In this document: in pieces, positions 36,089-50,360 of the stretch
Layout: each line of letters begins with the position of its first letter
Numbering within the stretch: the stretch's first letter is position 1
Assembly: GCA_002633005.1 (NCBI GenBank)
Contig: NMRA01000357.1
Location: 262,341-326,340, forward strand
Direction: 5' to 3'
DNA from: Phoronis australis
Taxonomy: Eukaryota; Animalia; Phoronida
DNA length: 64,000 bases
Translations under genes and position numbers: made by a program
The notes under the pieces: generated by a model
Database searches by the model: none
Told to the model about the DNA's origin: nothing
The model's input: only the letters and a program-made list of their open reading frames with translations

Positions 36089-39000
36089 GTAAGTACTAGC
36101 ACGATACATATTCAGAGTTTCAAGCTCAGTGGTTGTGCAGTGTGATTGCATATACATCAAAAACTGCATTTGGTGTACGCCTGCTGACACGATTCCTATT
36201 CATATTTTGGTTTTACTGAAATAAACGTAAAGATACTCCTACCGTCAAAGGAACAACTCATGCGTCTGTAGTACGTTGATCAATTTGGTGTCTACGGAAC
36301 GAACACGTACAGTGTAGCTCAACTACACAACAAGCTTGTCCGATACAAATATCGTACATATCAGTGTGACGTTATTGTGCATGTTTCTGCATTTAATAAT
36401 ATCAGAATGTGCCATAAACTTGCTGAAAATCATATTTTGAAAATACAAATATATTTCGTCAAACATCGAGGTTTGAGGATAGTCCATCGTTTCCCCCATT
36501 CGCTGTATTCAAAACATGCGTTGAATTGTCCAATTTGCACCATTCGATCTAGGAACTAAATGTACTTCCTTTCTTCACTCGCTCAATGACTAACTGAATG
36601 CCATGGGTAAGTTGGCGCTGGTTTTAATTTCGATATATTTAATTGAAATAACTCAAGGACTAGGACCAGTGGTAAAGTATTTTTGTGATGATATATTTTT
36701 TCACATTGATAACATTAGGGATATAAAAGGAACCCAGTCTAATATATATTTGCGGAATGATAATTTAGATTCTGGAAATGCCTAGACTATGTTTGAATCG
36801 GTTAAAATTTCAAGTAAATTGTGAGAGACAATGAATATCCTGGCACGGGTTTGTGGCAATGAGTTGAAATTTGAAGTTGTATTAAACCTGAGTTGCATTT
36901 ACAAAACCAACAGTTTCAGCGTTAGTCAACAGATAACCAGAGACAGCAGGTTATTGAATCAACGAGGATACCAGTTGCTGGGAGTGTCTCAGAAGAACAC
37001 CGCAAGTCATGATTTATGCAGCACTGAGTGGAGCTTAGAACGTTTTGAGGTACATGTACATTCAGAGCTAAGAAATATGCTTTCGGCGAGTTATGACAGT
37101 TTCCGCCTTCATAGTGGATTTTTTTACTTTTTGGACGTTTTTGTTTCTCTGAGGAGGACCTTTTTGCTCACTTTTCGGAATGGGGGCTCGTTTCAACCTG
37201 CAACACCTGGATGAGCGCATGTGCACGCCAGGGGCTTACTCATGTTAATAAAGCGTGAACACTTGAGCATGAAATTAGCCACTTACTAACCAGACTAAGG
37301 GATTTGGTGACCCTCGCATGAGAAGCGGATCTGTAGAGGAGCAACCCTAGAACTTTGAAAAAGAACAAGTTAGGGCACGTATCATGCAATATTAGCTCAT
37401 GTGGGTGAGGAGCAAAATCAAGTCCATTATGTTGACAAGAGAAGGCATGTCCACGAGACTAATAAGAGAAGGCAAGTCCCTAAAGCCAAACAGCAGATGG
37501 AGAAGGAAAGAACGGAACACAAGATGGCGCAAGGCCACTGAAACCTTAACAACTTTTAGTTGACGGTAATACCACAAAGCCATCTCGTGGAGTTAAACCG
37601 AAGCTCGTTAATGATTATGCAAAACAGTATTATAGATAACTTCCCGAATTGTTTCTAAAGAAGCGCTGAGGGCCAGGATTTACTAGAAGGAATGGGAAAT
37701 TGGTCTCACCTCCCTATTAACATGCAAGGGCCTACAATTTACTAGTTTGTGGCACGTGTGCATCGCTATCTACTCAAGTAGGTTGACATGTGTCACTACA
37801 ACAAGGTCAATGGGTGAGTTGACTGACCTCTTACTGAACGCGCTGTATGTGAACACCTTTACATTAATCCAGCGTTGTTTTCAAGATAGTGGACAGTATA
37901 TTGAGGCCCAAGGAATAGATAAAACGAGCACTAAAGTGTCACTAATGAAGAAGTAACAACAACGACCACACGAGCTAGACCCCAGGACGGTCGACTAGAT
38001 GACCATCCTTGCAGGAAAAAATGTGGTTCTTCTGTATTTAAACTGGACAATTTGCCATTTTCTGTTCGAAGCCGGCTCAGATGAAGGAGCGCCAAAACTC
38101 AGCTGCAGTCAACCACCAAGGTTTGAACAGAAACGATAGGGCGCCGGTGAAGTGTGGTAATCCAGAAAGCGCCTTCAATGGAAAGCAGCGTCTAACGAAC
38201 GGATACCTAAGGACAAAGAAGGTTTTGAGAGGCACAGTCTGTACCACTATTGTGCTTCGATCCAGTTTGTCTACCCAGAAGATAGGACCTACCAGCAGAG
38301 GTCGTGCTGGATCCAAAAAATATAAAGCTGTCTGTCACCATGATCAAATTTTACAGACCACACTACATGGGGGGCAGATTTTGCTTTGCTTGTTCATTTG
38401 GGACATTACTGGAGCTCCGGATGTTGTGCATATCGAGCGACTGCATTCAGGGACTACCGTCGAAAAGAACGCGGCTGGCAACAGCCTGGTGGAGGTTCTG
38501 AACGATGACTCCTAAATATGCACTACTTCCGAAAAGAAAGATCCAGTAACCTCAACTGCAGTTAGAGTGAAAAAGTTTGCAAAGGAACGTAGTCAGATTC
38601 AGAGGAATCTAGCTGAGATGCAGTAGCAGAGATCACCAAGTATAATGCACACCGACAAAAAGTGGACGTTAAGCTGTTAGGTGTATCGCCAACCGTAAAA
38701 GAGGCGGGTCTATGGCACTTCGAGTAAGACCATCACTGAAAAGCCTGTAACATCAAGACGAAGTCAATGTCGATCGACATAGCACCGGCTACTTGTCATA
38801 TTTAAATGACAGAGGCTCAGTGAGGAATACCCGGTCGGCTGCTCAAGAATAAGGATGGCGATGAGGTGAAAATGCAATGGGGCCGAGCAAGATTCTGATG
38901 TCCGTGATGCTACTCCACGACGAGGCCGTGCTTAGTGGAAACCTCGGTGATAGGAAGGCAGCTAACTAGATCACTAGCATTAGGTCAACGATGCCATACT

Positions 39001-39875
39001 CTTTTCTGTCATCTGGGAAGGAAATCTTTGTACAGTGTTCATCTAGGGACATACAGTATTTCACCGAGTAAAACAAGCATGTTTCAGAACACGACTGTGA
39101 AAGTGAGGCATTGATAATCAAACAAACGAAGTTCGCATATCTGGACAAGAAGCTAACTTGCATCCAGGAGGCAACAACGTCGACTACTACTAATGAACTG
39201 TCGTTGGTCCCAGTACTCCTGTGCTACTACATGACAATTTCGTGCCGAGCATTCATGGTCACGCATTTTGTAAGCTATAGCAAGCGTTTGGGAGTAGACA
39301 GATCTCATGAGTGCCAGACTTCACTCAAGATTTCAAGTTAGAACAGCGGCAAGAAATGATGGCTTAGACGGAGGCTTACTGCATGAGTTTGGCGATGCAA
39401 CATTGCCTATTGCGTGTGGGAGTCGACAGCTCAAAATAAATGAGTGGAATTACTTCACAGAGGGAAGGGAGTTTTTGGCAATAATGAATACCGTTAAACT
39501 CTTCCAATTTTACGTCTATGTGGCGAAGTTCGTACGTGGTACAAGCACACCAAAGGCCGTTTATAGAGAATTGGTCGTCACAAGTATCATTGGTCATATA
39601 CAGTAGATCTGAACTGCATTTGTTTTAGGGTTTACAAGCTCACTGAATGTGTTTGTTCATAGAGGGCCAGGTGGCTATAGCCCCCCACTTTTTCAGTGCG
39701 TCGCCGCCCATTGTCTATGGGCGGTGCACCGCAGGGGGCTATAGCTCACATTGTTTCAGTGCTGCGGCGCCAATGACGTAATTTTATCCAACATTGTTGC
39801 TGTCAGCTCGTTTGCCAGCCAAAACCACCGAGCCTTATTATCAGCCATCTCTGTATAGTCTTCATAATTTAACAG

Positions 39876-39984
39876 ATCCTGCCCAACCTGTGGGCTTTGG
39901 AGGGGTTGCTAAACGTAGACCCAACACCCAGATGCTTCTCTACAGTCTTGCTGGCATTATCGTCTATTGGAAACTTAAGTATGC
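39876..39984 (+). CDS. Gene A stalk and hydrophobic-tail exon
   Basis: TTAACAG acceptor (phase 1), GC|GTAAGT donor. Translates PAQPVGFGGVAKRRPNTQMLLYSLAGIIVYWKLKY(A). Conserved in frame in gene B. Confidence 0.72.
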
Positions 39985-40091
39985 GTAAGTAAATTTCCTT
40001 CTTGGAAGTGCGTTTTTGTGTTTACTAAATATCTTGTGACTTTCTAAGAGGGGGCTCTTTGGGGAAAACATCATTTATCCCTGGTCTGCAG

Positions 40092-40112
40092 ATTAATTTT
40101 CCTAAAAATTCG
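40092..40112 (+). CDS. Gene A 21-nt microexon (LIFLKI)
   Basis: GTCTGCAG acceptor, GTGAGT donor, phase 2-2. Same length and splice sites in gene B. Confidence 0.62.
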
Positions 40113-41077
40113 GTGAGTATTATTGGTTGGCGCGCTCAAACCTGTTGAGTGGGAAGACACGCTTGTTTCACATGCGTGACGCTGCAAATGCGCAGATTCC
40201 CATGCATACTGCTGCCGTTTCTGTGGGAAAAATATCCCTTACTAATAGTGGAGGTAGGCAACGACCCTTTGGCAACTGAAGTCACCTTATTTCATATGGC
40301 AAGACACAGAAGTAGGATGTTTCCCTTATATATGAATGGAAAATGTGAGCTTTTACCTCAAACGACTTCAAGTATCTAACTGTGAGCGCATGCGCGTATT
40401 TGGCGTAAGTGGGGTAAAAAGATTATAAACTCTATTGTAACCACGGAGCTTTTTCTTCCCGCGTATAGGGGTATTTCAAGAATCATGAGTTTTCGATTTT
40501 TTTGTAAAAAATTCATCACACGCTCAACTGAATTACTCTGATAGTAAGCGTTCCGAAATGGTACTTTCGCCAGGAATTGTTTACAATATATTTTAACGAG
40601 CTTTTGCGTTCCATGCCTATTTATAACGAATTGAGCGTGGGAAGTTACCCACGCACATAATAATGGTGAAAGAGCCTATATCACCCGTGCGTCATTCTCC
40701 TCACACTTAAGGGTTCGGTTCCTCGAAAGGCTGCTGACTGTTGTCTTCAGCTATAACTCAAAACTCTCTGAACAGATGAAAAGCAGTTGTTTTTTGAGAT
40801 TCTCGATAATTTTTTTATTCTGTCTAATCGATCAGACTACAGAAATATTTTTTGACACGGAGCTCTTGTCAGATGCAATGACTCGCACCCTTTGGCTCTG
40901 TGGTTGAAGCAGGCCAACTAGTTCGTAAAATTATGTTAACCGAGCGTTACGCAAATGCCAGAATAGTCTTCGAAAAATGGAACCTAGGCAGCGCGTGGAC
41001 AATTACATTGGTGCCAGTTTGAAAATTAAGTTTGATACCGAAACAGTAACCTCGTTCTTATCTGAAATATGTTTCAG

Positions 41078-41081
41078 GTGA
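41078..41081 (+). CDS. Gene A last exon start: one base plus TGA stop, then 3' UTR
   Basis: TGTTTCAG|G TGA is conserved in gene B; AATAAA at 41154-41159. Confidence 0.55.
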
Positions 41082-41153
41082 AAGTCCGAGATGGATCCTC
41101 GAACGGAAAACAGACAACGGAATGAAATTCACTTTTCTTATCAACCGTAACCA

Positions 41154-41159
41154 AATAAA
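41154..41159 (+). terminator. Probable polyadenylation signal of gene A
   Basis: AATAAA about 70 nt after the predicted stop; the paralogous site in gene B reads AGTAAA. Confidence 0.5.
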
Positions 41160-44100
41160 GTCAATGGCATGCATGTCAATACAGACTTATTGTTTCGGTC
41201 AGAACTTTGTTGGTTGCATCTTAGTGCAAACACTGGAAAGCAATTATTAGGCCTCATGAAATGGGCCCTGTATAATTCTTTATGGTAATAGGATTCGATT
41301 TCCACCATCATCGCCGAGTCAAGGGCAACGCATCCATTCGCTTCTTTAGAATTTCCAGTTTTAAGATTGGCTAGCTCCTGTTCCCTGTTTTCTGGGGTGG
41401 CTGATGTTTTCTATTATTTTACTAGTACGGGTAAGGGATATTTTAAATAGATTTCATGAGAGTGAAATACCTAATGCAATTTTGTTAATTCATCTAATAA
41501 TATTATGTATTTATTTCATGGGAGGGAAATACCTAATGCAATTTTTTTAATTCAACTAAACAAAGTGCAAATACATCTATATCTGCAGGCAGTCTACTCA
41601 AAATCCCTGCACCCTTAGGTTTCATTATTTTGCGAAATATTATTTCCCAATACATCGAGGTTATTTGCAACGAGAGAAATGATAAAAAATTAATGCATCT
41701 TCAAGGTCCATTAATTTATCAATAGTAAATTATCTGCCATTATGCACTAACCGTATTGATGATGCTTCAGCGATATTTGATTAGTGGGAAAATCTCCACC
41801 CACCCTGTTCCAATGAGCACAAACGCTGCGTCTTTTTCACCACTCTACAATATTCTAAAATAGATTTTGATTGAATTTGACTTGGGATGGTTTATAACAG
41901 TAAGTTTAATACCATTTTCTTGCATGCGGGACAAACTACTGAAAGCTCGGGTACCAATTTCCAACCAAGGAGATTTTGAAAAACTATACACAATTTTTGA
42001 AATACTTCCTTTCAAAGTGTACCTCTTCCATGGCCGACTCTAACAAGGTGAGCATTTCCAAACCCAAAAGTTAATCAAATGAAGCATCACCGGTTTTCAA
42101 CGAAGCAGTAGTATTAAAAGTACATGTATTCCTTTGAAAAGTGTACCCGCAACTGCACCCTTCGAAAGTGTATGTACCTTTCAGCACACAGGCCTAATAG
42201 TTAAAGTGAACCCCAAGCAATAGAAACGTGTGCCTCATTTATACCTTCGGGTAAGATTGCAAATACTGCATAACTGAAGTTTCCAAGACGTTGTTCCATC
42301 TGTTCAGAAACCCAGGGTGATGACGCTTCTCTCCCTGATTATTCGGTTCCCGCAATACGCCGTCGGCATCTGATACGTTAATTTTATACCACCAAAGTTT
42401 TGCTATTAACATCATTTCAAATCCAGAAAAGGCAACCCCTCAAGGTCAAAACCATACCCTGATCATGAAACGTGAATGGGTCTTGAAGTAAACGTAGACT
42501 CTTCGGCGTATGTTGGTTACAAAGACTCACATTTTCGTGATTGCCTCCACAGGGGTTGCACTCCCGATAGGCAATTCAACAAGCCTACTTTAAGACGTGA
42601 CGTAGCATAATGGCGACGGCAGCAAGGGTGCGGCGATGAAGTGGTAGCGATAAGGAACAAAGATGAGGCCTCGAGACAGAAATTGGTGAAGTTGAACTAA
42701 TCTGAGTCACCCCTTTCCCTATAATATTTACCAACCTATGGCCGAGACTCTCTGTGCAATTACTGCCAAAGGGTGCAGGTTGGTGTAAATCTGGAAACGT
42801 CTCGATGAAAAACTTGGTTTCGAGGGCGAAACTCGATGTAGTCCATGGAAAATGGAGAGGTTTGTCGGTCGCGCTCTCATTTGTTTGACCTGCATTACAA
42901 AAAGTTCTACGTGTGTGTAAAACAATCGTGCGGATTCACCAAGAGGAGCGAAAACATGGATAATTACAATATATTTACAAAGACAGGCACAGAACCTTCA
43001 GGAAATTTGACGAAGGACGCACTGTGCAGTTCCATCTGGTTTAAGCTGGGCGTACACACACCAATCGACTTGTCACCTCTCTGTAGAAAATAGAAAAATG
43101 TTGTCTTTAGGCCTACACCTCAAAATCGCTGCAAGTTGTCACAGATGATTTGTTCAGAATTTCAGACCACAACCGCTTTGACGTTGAGGGTCAAAATTGG
43201 CAATGGCGCCTTTTAGCTCACTAGGTCCCTGGAAACGTTCAACAGGAGCCACCACAAAATACCAAAAGCAAATTACTATGTACATATTCCACTGGTGTGG
43301 TCCAACAGCGCCGCCACCCAATCAGATTTTTACAAGTTTGGGCTGTTTGAGGGCTACTTCAAATCTCATCAGATTTCTCTGGAAATGCAACACTTTTACG
43401 TGGAACCACCTCTTTAAACAAAAAGTGGTATTCGTTGGAAAGTACGTAGAAGCTTTGGGCACTAATGTGCGATGAACTGTTCTCCTGAAAACTTATAGGT
43501 TTTGTTTTCACAATGCCCCAAGTGTAAAGGGATATTGAAAACCGGACGTATGATTATGTCAAAGCCCTCAATGGTTGCATAAAACGATGATGGATTGATA
43601 ATTTCGAAATCTTAGACAGAGTTGTATATTTCATTACAAACATTTTTGTCAATTTGAATTTATTCAGTCATGCATTCGTTACGAAAACTTTTATCAATTT
43701 GAATTGATTCAATCATGAAATTTTCTATAATGTGATTGCCACGTGACCCAAATAAGAGAGTAATGGTTTAATGCCAAGGATTCTGTAATATTTCCAACTA
43801 CACGCTTTTACTGTGATACGTAACACTTTCGACACTACTTATATGAATACGCAAACCAGTTGATGAGCTTGTACACAGCGCAAGACGGAAACTGAGCTTT
43901 CCGCTATCCCTGCAAAACTGCTCAAAAGCAGAGAGTTGCGAATAAAAAGTGAATGGCGCTTCATGATCTTATTACCAACTTGCAGTAACCGCCAATTACG
44001 CGTACATTTTCCGTAAATATTGCTCACGTTAGTTTTTAACGCTTTTGCCCATGCCACATGATGTCGAATGAATTCTGTGAGCTATTGTTTAACTTGCCAG

Positions 44101-47100
44101 ATACCAACGACGGTTATCGCATGTGGAACAATACCATTGTTTTCCTTTGTGCGTCTTTGTTGGATATAACAATACAGGTCGCACGTATATCGTACATGTA
44201 CCTTTGGCTCCCATCAGCCGGTTACTGTCATCTTTATCAACAGAAAGAAAAAGAACAATGGATACGCCTACCAATTCCTATACGACAAGCTTGCGCCCTT
44301 GGGTTTTTGAGATTAATTTACTTGGAGCGTCATTAGATCAAATTTTTATTGTTGTAAGTAAATTATCGCGAAGCAGACAATTGGATTAATCGCTCACTGA
44401 TGTAGAGTATCTACAGATACATAAGCCCAACGAGAAAGAAATTTACTTGAATTCATAACGTTTCACGTGTAACTTTTAATTTTCTCAGATGAGCTGGAAT
44501 GTGTTAGGACACGACTGGTTAATAACACCGAGTGTGAATCACAAAGTAGAAATCCATACGCCCTACATTTAATCGTCTGCAAAGCAATAAAAGAGGCAAA
44601 TTTGCATCAACAACATAATGCCAGAATTCTGGGAAGGTGACAAGGTTATGATTGACAAATCAGGTGCCGCAACTGCACTAACTTCCAGTAGGAAGGACAT
44701 GCAAACAACTTCTTAAACGGACCATCGTCGGAGGCAAATTCCATATCCAGGTTCATTCAAACGGAGGCGAGCCCCACACGACGAGACTCTCCAGCTGTGC
44801 TCAGTCGTCTCAAGTTCAATTCAGTGCTCATGTGCCTGGAAGCTTCGCTGACTGTTATTTATAAACATTCTTTAAGTTTTAATTTTCCAAATTCATACTA
44901 CTTGTTAGATTCTAACTTGAATATTTGCCAAAGAAGCTGAATGCAATTTACAATTGCTAAGCTAAAAATAAAACTTTTAACAAAAAAGTAACTTAATTAC
45001 TTTAAATTGCGCAAGCGTGATTTTGCAAAAGTTGCGTTATGTGGTTGAAAGTTTAAGTCAAGTCGATTTTTTCGGCATGTGAGTAAACAAATCCTTCACT
45101 GGTCTCAGATTTGGGAAATGGGCAAGACCTTTTGGAAATTTCCTCAAAATCTTGGGATTTTGAAAAAAATGTCTAAGAGGTTTTTCCCATTTCAGCAACA
45201 TGAGACTCGTGTAGGAATCTTTTAACTCAACTAACGGGAAATAACGATGAAATATGGAACTACATGCACGCATGCTAATGACAGTGTGTCTTGCGGAAAC
45301 TTTGTCAAAGGCTTGAACATACACACGTGATATTGGCTGTGGTATGAAGAAGTTTGGACGATGATCGAAAATTGTAAGAGGACATACATGTATTATAAAT
45401 ACAGTGAGAAACAACCAAAATGTGCTTACGGTATCAGAATCGATCAGAAACGCCTTTGGTAGAAGCCCGTACCTGGTTGCATGATGCAGTCACTGCTTGT
45501 ATCGTTCTTCATTTACAGATTTAATATTTTTATAAGTTTGTCTTTATTATGAGCTTCTCTGTGTCTAATGACATTGTCTAATAATATACCTAAAATCTTG
45601 GCCTTTATTTTATTGAAAATATAGGGACTTGGTCCTTAAATTAGGGGCATTGCTTGGAAAGATCGAAATTACTTTCAATGATGTGCAAAAGCAACGAATA
45701 GATCACTCTCGCTTTGTATCAAAGTCAACAAATGACTTGGTAATGAACGTGAAACAGTATAAGAAAAGTGGATTTCATTGATTCAACAAGTCCGCAAACA
45801 TGCTTTAGATTAATGAACTTTACTCGAATCCCTATTTGGGACCGTCTGCCATGACCGGACACTGGCGTTACGGTGAAATTGTGTAAACCAATGAATGACC
45901 GCAGAGACTTGATAACAAAGCGTGCTGCAGTGTCTGCTTCCAGGGTGGATTCTAGATTTTTCAAAATAGGGTCTGGTCGAGGATTTTTTAAAAAGGGGTC
46001 TAGATCAACAAGTTAGAAATTATTACAATAAAGGGGAAAAGGGGTACAAAGCCCCTTGACTCCCCTTGGTTTCGCAGGGCCCAATTTGAAAGTGTTAATC
46101 TAGTTTGAAACAATTGCTGATCAGTTGACATCATGTGCAGCGACGGATAGCAGAAACTCTATAAGTTAAGTCCCCGTCAAACCAGAGGCGCTGTGCATCT
46201 GTGGTTTTTAATCAAAACTACCATTATCGTAGCGACAGCGCCAGTAGTGTTTCATAGTTTTCCCCTACTCGTCACACATGTGTTTTTTATCGGTGCTACT
46301 GAGGAACCAGGGCGGAACCACACAGATGTCACTGAGGATATGGCTATCCTATTGACTCGGAATTACGAATGCGAGGTTGTAGCGGCCAAACTGGTCACCT
46401 ATGACATAGTCTAGACTAGGTCTCACCCAGCATCTTTTTCGTCTTGCTCGTCTTTTTTTCTTCTTTGCACCAGGGCAATCATTGCTTGCTCATCTTCTGC
46501 CTGCTGTTGACGATCAAATTTCTGTTACCATCTGTCATTCTGTCGATGTGAACTGCTGGAAGATTCTTAGGACACTGAAAGCAGAAAACTGAAGCCTTTA
46601 TACACTTATGGAGTTGGGAGTGAAAACGACACTCAGGTCATAGGTAAAACATGTAATGAGTCACATCTTGTTTCATGCACACGTACTGACTTTGGGTGTA
46701 CCAGGTCGTACAAACTCGACCCTACCGTCTTCGGCGAGTGATCTTGAATAGAAGTATAATTAGTATGCAGATTGTCCTGATTTCAGAACTAACATCTTTG
46801 TGGGTGGTAACTATAGCGCTCTATTGGATGACGATTAATCAAGCAACATTGCCAAGTTCAGCTGCTCATGTACTTGGCCGTTCGCACAGTTTAATATCTA
46901 GTTTAAACCTTTCGACATCACTTTTCGGCTTAGGAGGTGCCCAGAAAATGACGGCATGCTCTTCTGGAGCTGCATAACGGCTGTCAGAATTACACACGCC
47001 ATAACAACACCATATCACAATTCTTATCACGCAATTTCTTGAGCTATAGACTGAAATAAGTTTTACACGACAACTTATTGTTTGTCGGGTAAAATGGCGG

Positions 47101-47203
47101 CTTAGAAAAGCAAAAGAAGATGTGTCAAGAATGCTGCCTTCTGATTGGTCAGTTCAGCCGTCAGTCAGAATCATGGCGATAGGTCAAATGCGGGCTTTTA
47201 GTG

Positions 47204-48181
47204 TGTCAAAATATAGTCTGAGAGTATTATTAGTTGTATTGTTTTGTTTTGTTATTCAGTTTGATTGGCATGACCACTGAATGATGATGTAATTTGTTTA
47301 CTACAGAATAATATGGAACTTTCTAGTAGACTGAGTTGAGTAGTGATGATGTAATGTATTTACTGCAGTATAGTGTGGAACTTTCTAGAAGACTCTAGAA
47401 TGACAGTGGTTAAAGCAGTCTGGAATATTCTAGAGACTAGTATATGTTTGTAGAATGGTTGGGTAGATTCAGGAAAGTTCTAGAATGTACTTTAATTGAT
47501 AGAAAATTCTAGAACAATGCATTAGGCTATAGATACACAAGCACGGGTTTGTGTTAGTCAGATCAATTCAGTTCAAGAGAAGATCAAGCCGGCAGATCAA
47601 GTAAGTTCAAGAAAGTTAATCAGGAGAACTACAGTTGAGTTGCAGTGAAGAGAATCAGCAGCTACAGCGATAGTCAATAGAGAGCCAGCTATAGAGACAG
47701 CAGGTTATTGAATCGGCGAGTGTAACAGTTGCAGTAGTATATAAATACATGTACACAAGCACCGGTTTGCATTAGTCAGAGAAAAGCAGAAAGGCAGTTA
47801 AACAGTTTCAATTCAGCAGTTAGAGTTAACAGTTAAACAGTTGAGAGAACTACAAATGAGTTGCAATGAAGAGAATCAGCAGTTACAGCGAGAGTCAATA
47901 GAGAGCCAGCTATAAAGACAGCAGGTTAATGAATCAGCCAATGTAGCTATAGTGTTGCTGAACGTGTCTCAGAAGTTCATCACAAGTCAAGGCTTCACAG
48001 GACTGGCTGGAGCATAAACAGACATTACGTCGGACGTTTTGTTTGAGTAGGCTTGTGAACGTACGGTCGAAATTAATAAAGGATTAACTCGAACTAGTCT
48101 TCAGTCAATCGTCGCACCGAAAGCTATTAGCACCGGTCTGTAACAACCTGCGCCCACCCACACACGGGGAAAAACGTGACA
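47204..48181 (+). mobile_element. Solo LTR-like element
   Basis: TGTCA...TGACA inverted ends, TATATAAATA near 47738, AATAAA near 48075, and an internal duplication of about 230 bp. No clear TSD. Confidence 0.6.
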
Positions 48182-48489
48182 TACATGTAGTGACGTCAAC
48201 CAATTGTCAGCTACAGTGTACTTGAAAGCAGCAGCACGAGACGGCTTGTATTCTTTGGATCTGTCTTCATTATCTCAGATGAATACCCACAGTTTTTGCC
48301 TCGGTGAGTCCATCACTGATAAAGTTGTTAACGACATGTTTATGCTTCCAGATTTTTTTTCCATTGATTTGGAATTTGTCATTTGGCAGAACAACTTATC
48401 GTGGTCCAGAAACATCAATTACACAATCACACAACAAGTTATAAAAAGATTCCAAATTTTCCAAATTTCCAAACTTTGACGTATTTTAG

Positions 48490-49250
48490 TTTTTATAGGC
48501 TATATACATTGTACACTCTAAAGTTGTAATTGTCCCTCTCGCAATTGAAAAAGGCATTAACACACACATTTCGGTCTTTCTGTTTTGAATTAAATTGTTT
48601 TCCCTGAAGTAATAACATGTTAGGCAGCAATTCTAGATAGTTGCCTTTACCAAAGTTTACTATTTGGTACTGGAGAGAGTGTCAACAATGCAACCAGCAA
48701 ATTATCACTTCCACTGGCAATTTATTAAGTTACCAATTTCAATCTAAGGAAGTTAAAAATATTGCCTTTTTTGTTATAGCCAAGAACAGTACTGGATCGC
48801 TTACGTTTATCGTTACGTCATCGCGAAATAAATTTGAAAAAGTACTGTGAAGTTCAGTCAAAATATAATGAGAGGGACTTGGAGAAGCTGTCAAAAGGTG
48901 AATAATTTTCGACACAGCCAAAAATTTGATCACAGTAACACTTCCAAAAGGCATCAGGGTTCGTCTTGGCCAATGTCTCAATTAGAGCTGCATCTTTTAA
49001 TTTTGGCAAATGCTTGTGATAAGCCATAGACTTGAAAATTAACTTCAAGGAAAGTAACATCATTTTTGCCCGGTTTTCTTATGAAGAGTTTATTTTCTGA
49101 CTGAGCATTACTACTTAAGAAAAGATCTTTTGTCTTTGCAGCATTGATGTGGAGGCCAGAGAAATCGACAAATGTATTCAGAGCATTCAAAGTAGACGGC
49201 GATGAAACTTTAGATCCATCAAATGTGTCAGTAAAAATACACATGGTTAC
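48490..49250 (-). pseudogene. Decayed L1/Tx1-type LINE RT C-terminal fragment
   Basis: LNTFVDFSGLHINAAKTK and W.RRTLMPFGSVTVIKFLAVSKIIHLL in shifting frames. Confidence 0.7.
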
Positions 49251-49319
49251 TTGTTATTAAGTCTCACTTTTCTGTGGATGTATTTTTTCTCAGGGTAGTT
49301 ACATGTATACTGTATGCAA

Positions 49320-50095
49320 ACAAAAACAACGTTTTCTGTTTGATTTGAATTAGATTTTGTCTGATTTTGTTGTGAACGTTTTGCAGACATGTGACCTATT
49401 TATGATGGTGCAGATTAAAGCAATCAGGCCAAAAATTATGGCCTGAATACAGTACGTCGGAATTTTTATTGGCTGTAACTCTTTGCTAATAGTTGTGTAT
49501 TTTAGAGCTGTAAAAGTATTTTTCCACTAACAACGACTTGGATCGATGCTTTAGGTAGCCAGATGAACGAGATCAATCAATATTGACGTCCTGCACGTGA
49601 CATTATTTCAGCAGGAGACTGCGCACCAACCGTGAAAAATGGCCCATACCATACGGATTTGCTCTACTTTCCCGTGTTTCACAGCATAATAAATAACCGT
49701 ATTCACACACAGACACATATGGGGTGTGTTCTAGTTCTCTATTCGTGAATATGGCCATAGAAATGTATGTATGGGATACCAGAAAATACAGCCGGCCATG
49801 GTTGAGCCATACTCCACGGTTCGTGTTCAGTCTTCTGGGGGGAGGGTGAATTTGCGTGTACAACGGTAAATTTATTTGGTTTCGTTCACTCGGCATCATT
49901 CATGAGGTCGTTCATGAAAAAGCAATTTTAATGCTTTAAAAACTATAAATTTTTACCAAAGATATAGCCATGAAAATTCTGATGAACGGTGATGAGGCCG
50001 CTATTTTAATCTGGCCTATCAGAATTTTCACAATTATCCACATAACGTCTCCAACAAAATCGGGAAAATGTCCATTTCAAGAAAAACGAACACAT
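49320..50095. mobile_element. Paralogous copy of the foldback MITE at 10275-11025
   Basis: Colinear similarity, e.g. GTACGTCGGAATTTT, GATCGATGCTTTAGGTAGCC and GATGAACGGTGATGAGGCCGCTATTTT. Confidence 0.7.
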
Positions 50096-50360
50096 TTTGT
50101 TAAGAATGCGTTTGGCATATTTAAACTATCTAGTACTAAAGGACATTTTACCTCATATCGAGTATATATACTTTTTAGTGACAGCCTTCTGCTTATTGGG
50201 TTCTTTGACTCTCAACTTCCCCTTTTGCCACCTCTCCAAACACAATTTCCGATAGCCATTTTCCGGTGCGGTGATCAACGGAGGAAATGTTCCTTTCGCT
50301 GTTCCCATTCCAGAAAACAAAAGCGACATGGAGAGTTTCAACGGAGGTTTATTAAAGTCA

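Noticed and set aside
42201-43417. Another TTAA-flanked Kolobok-like element
   Set aside because: The candidate ends match too poorly to define a TIR.
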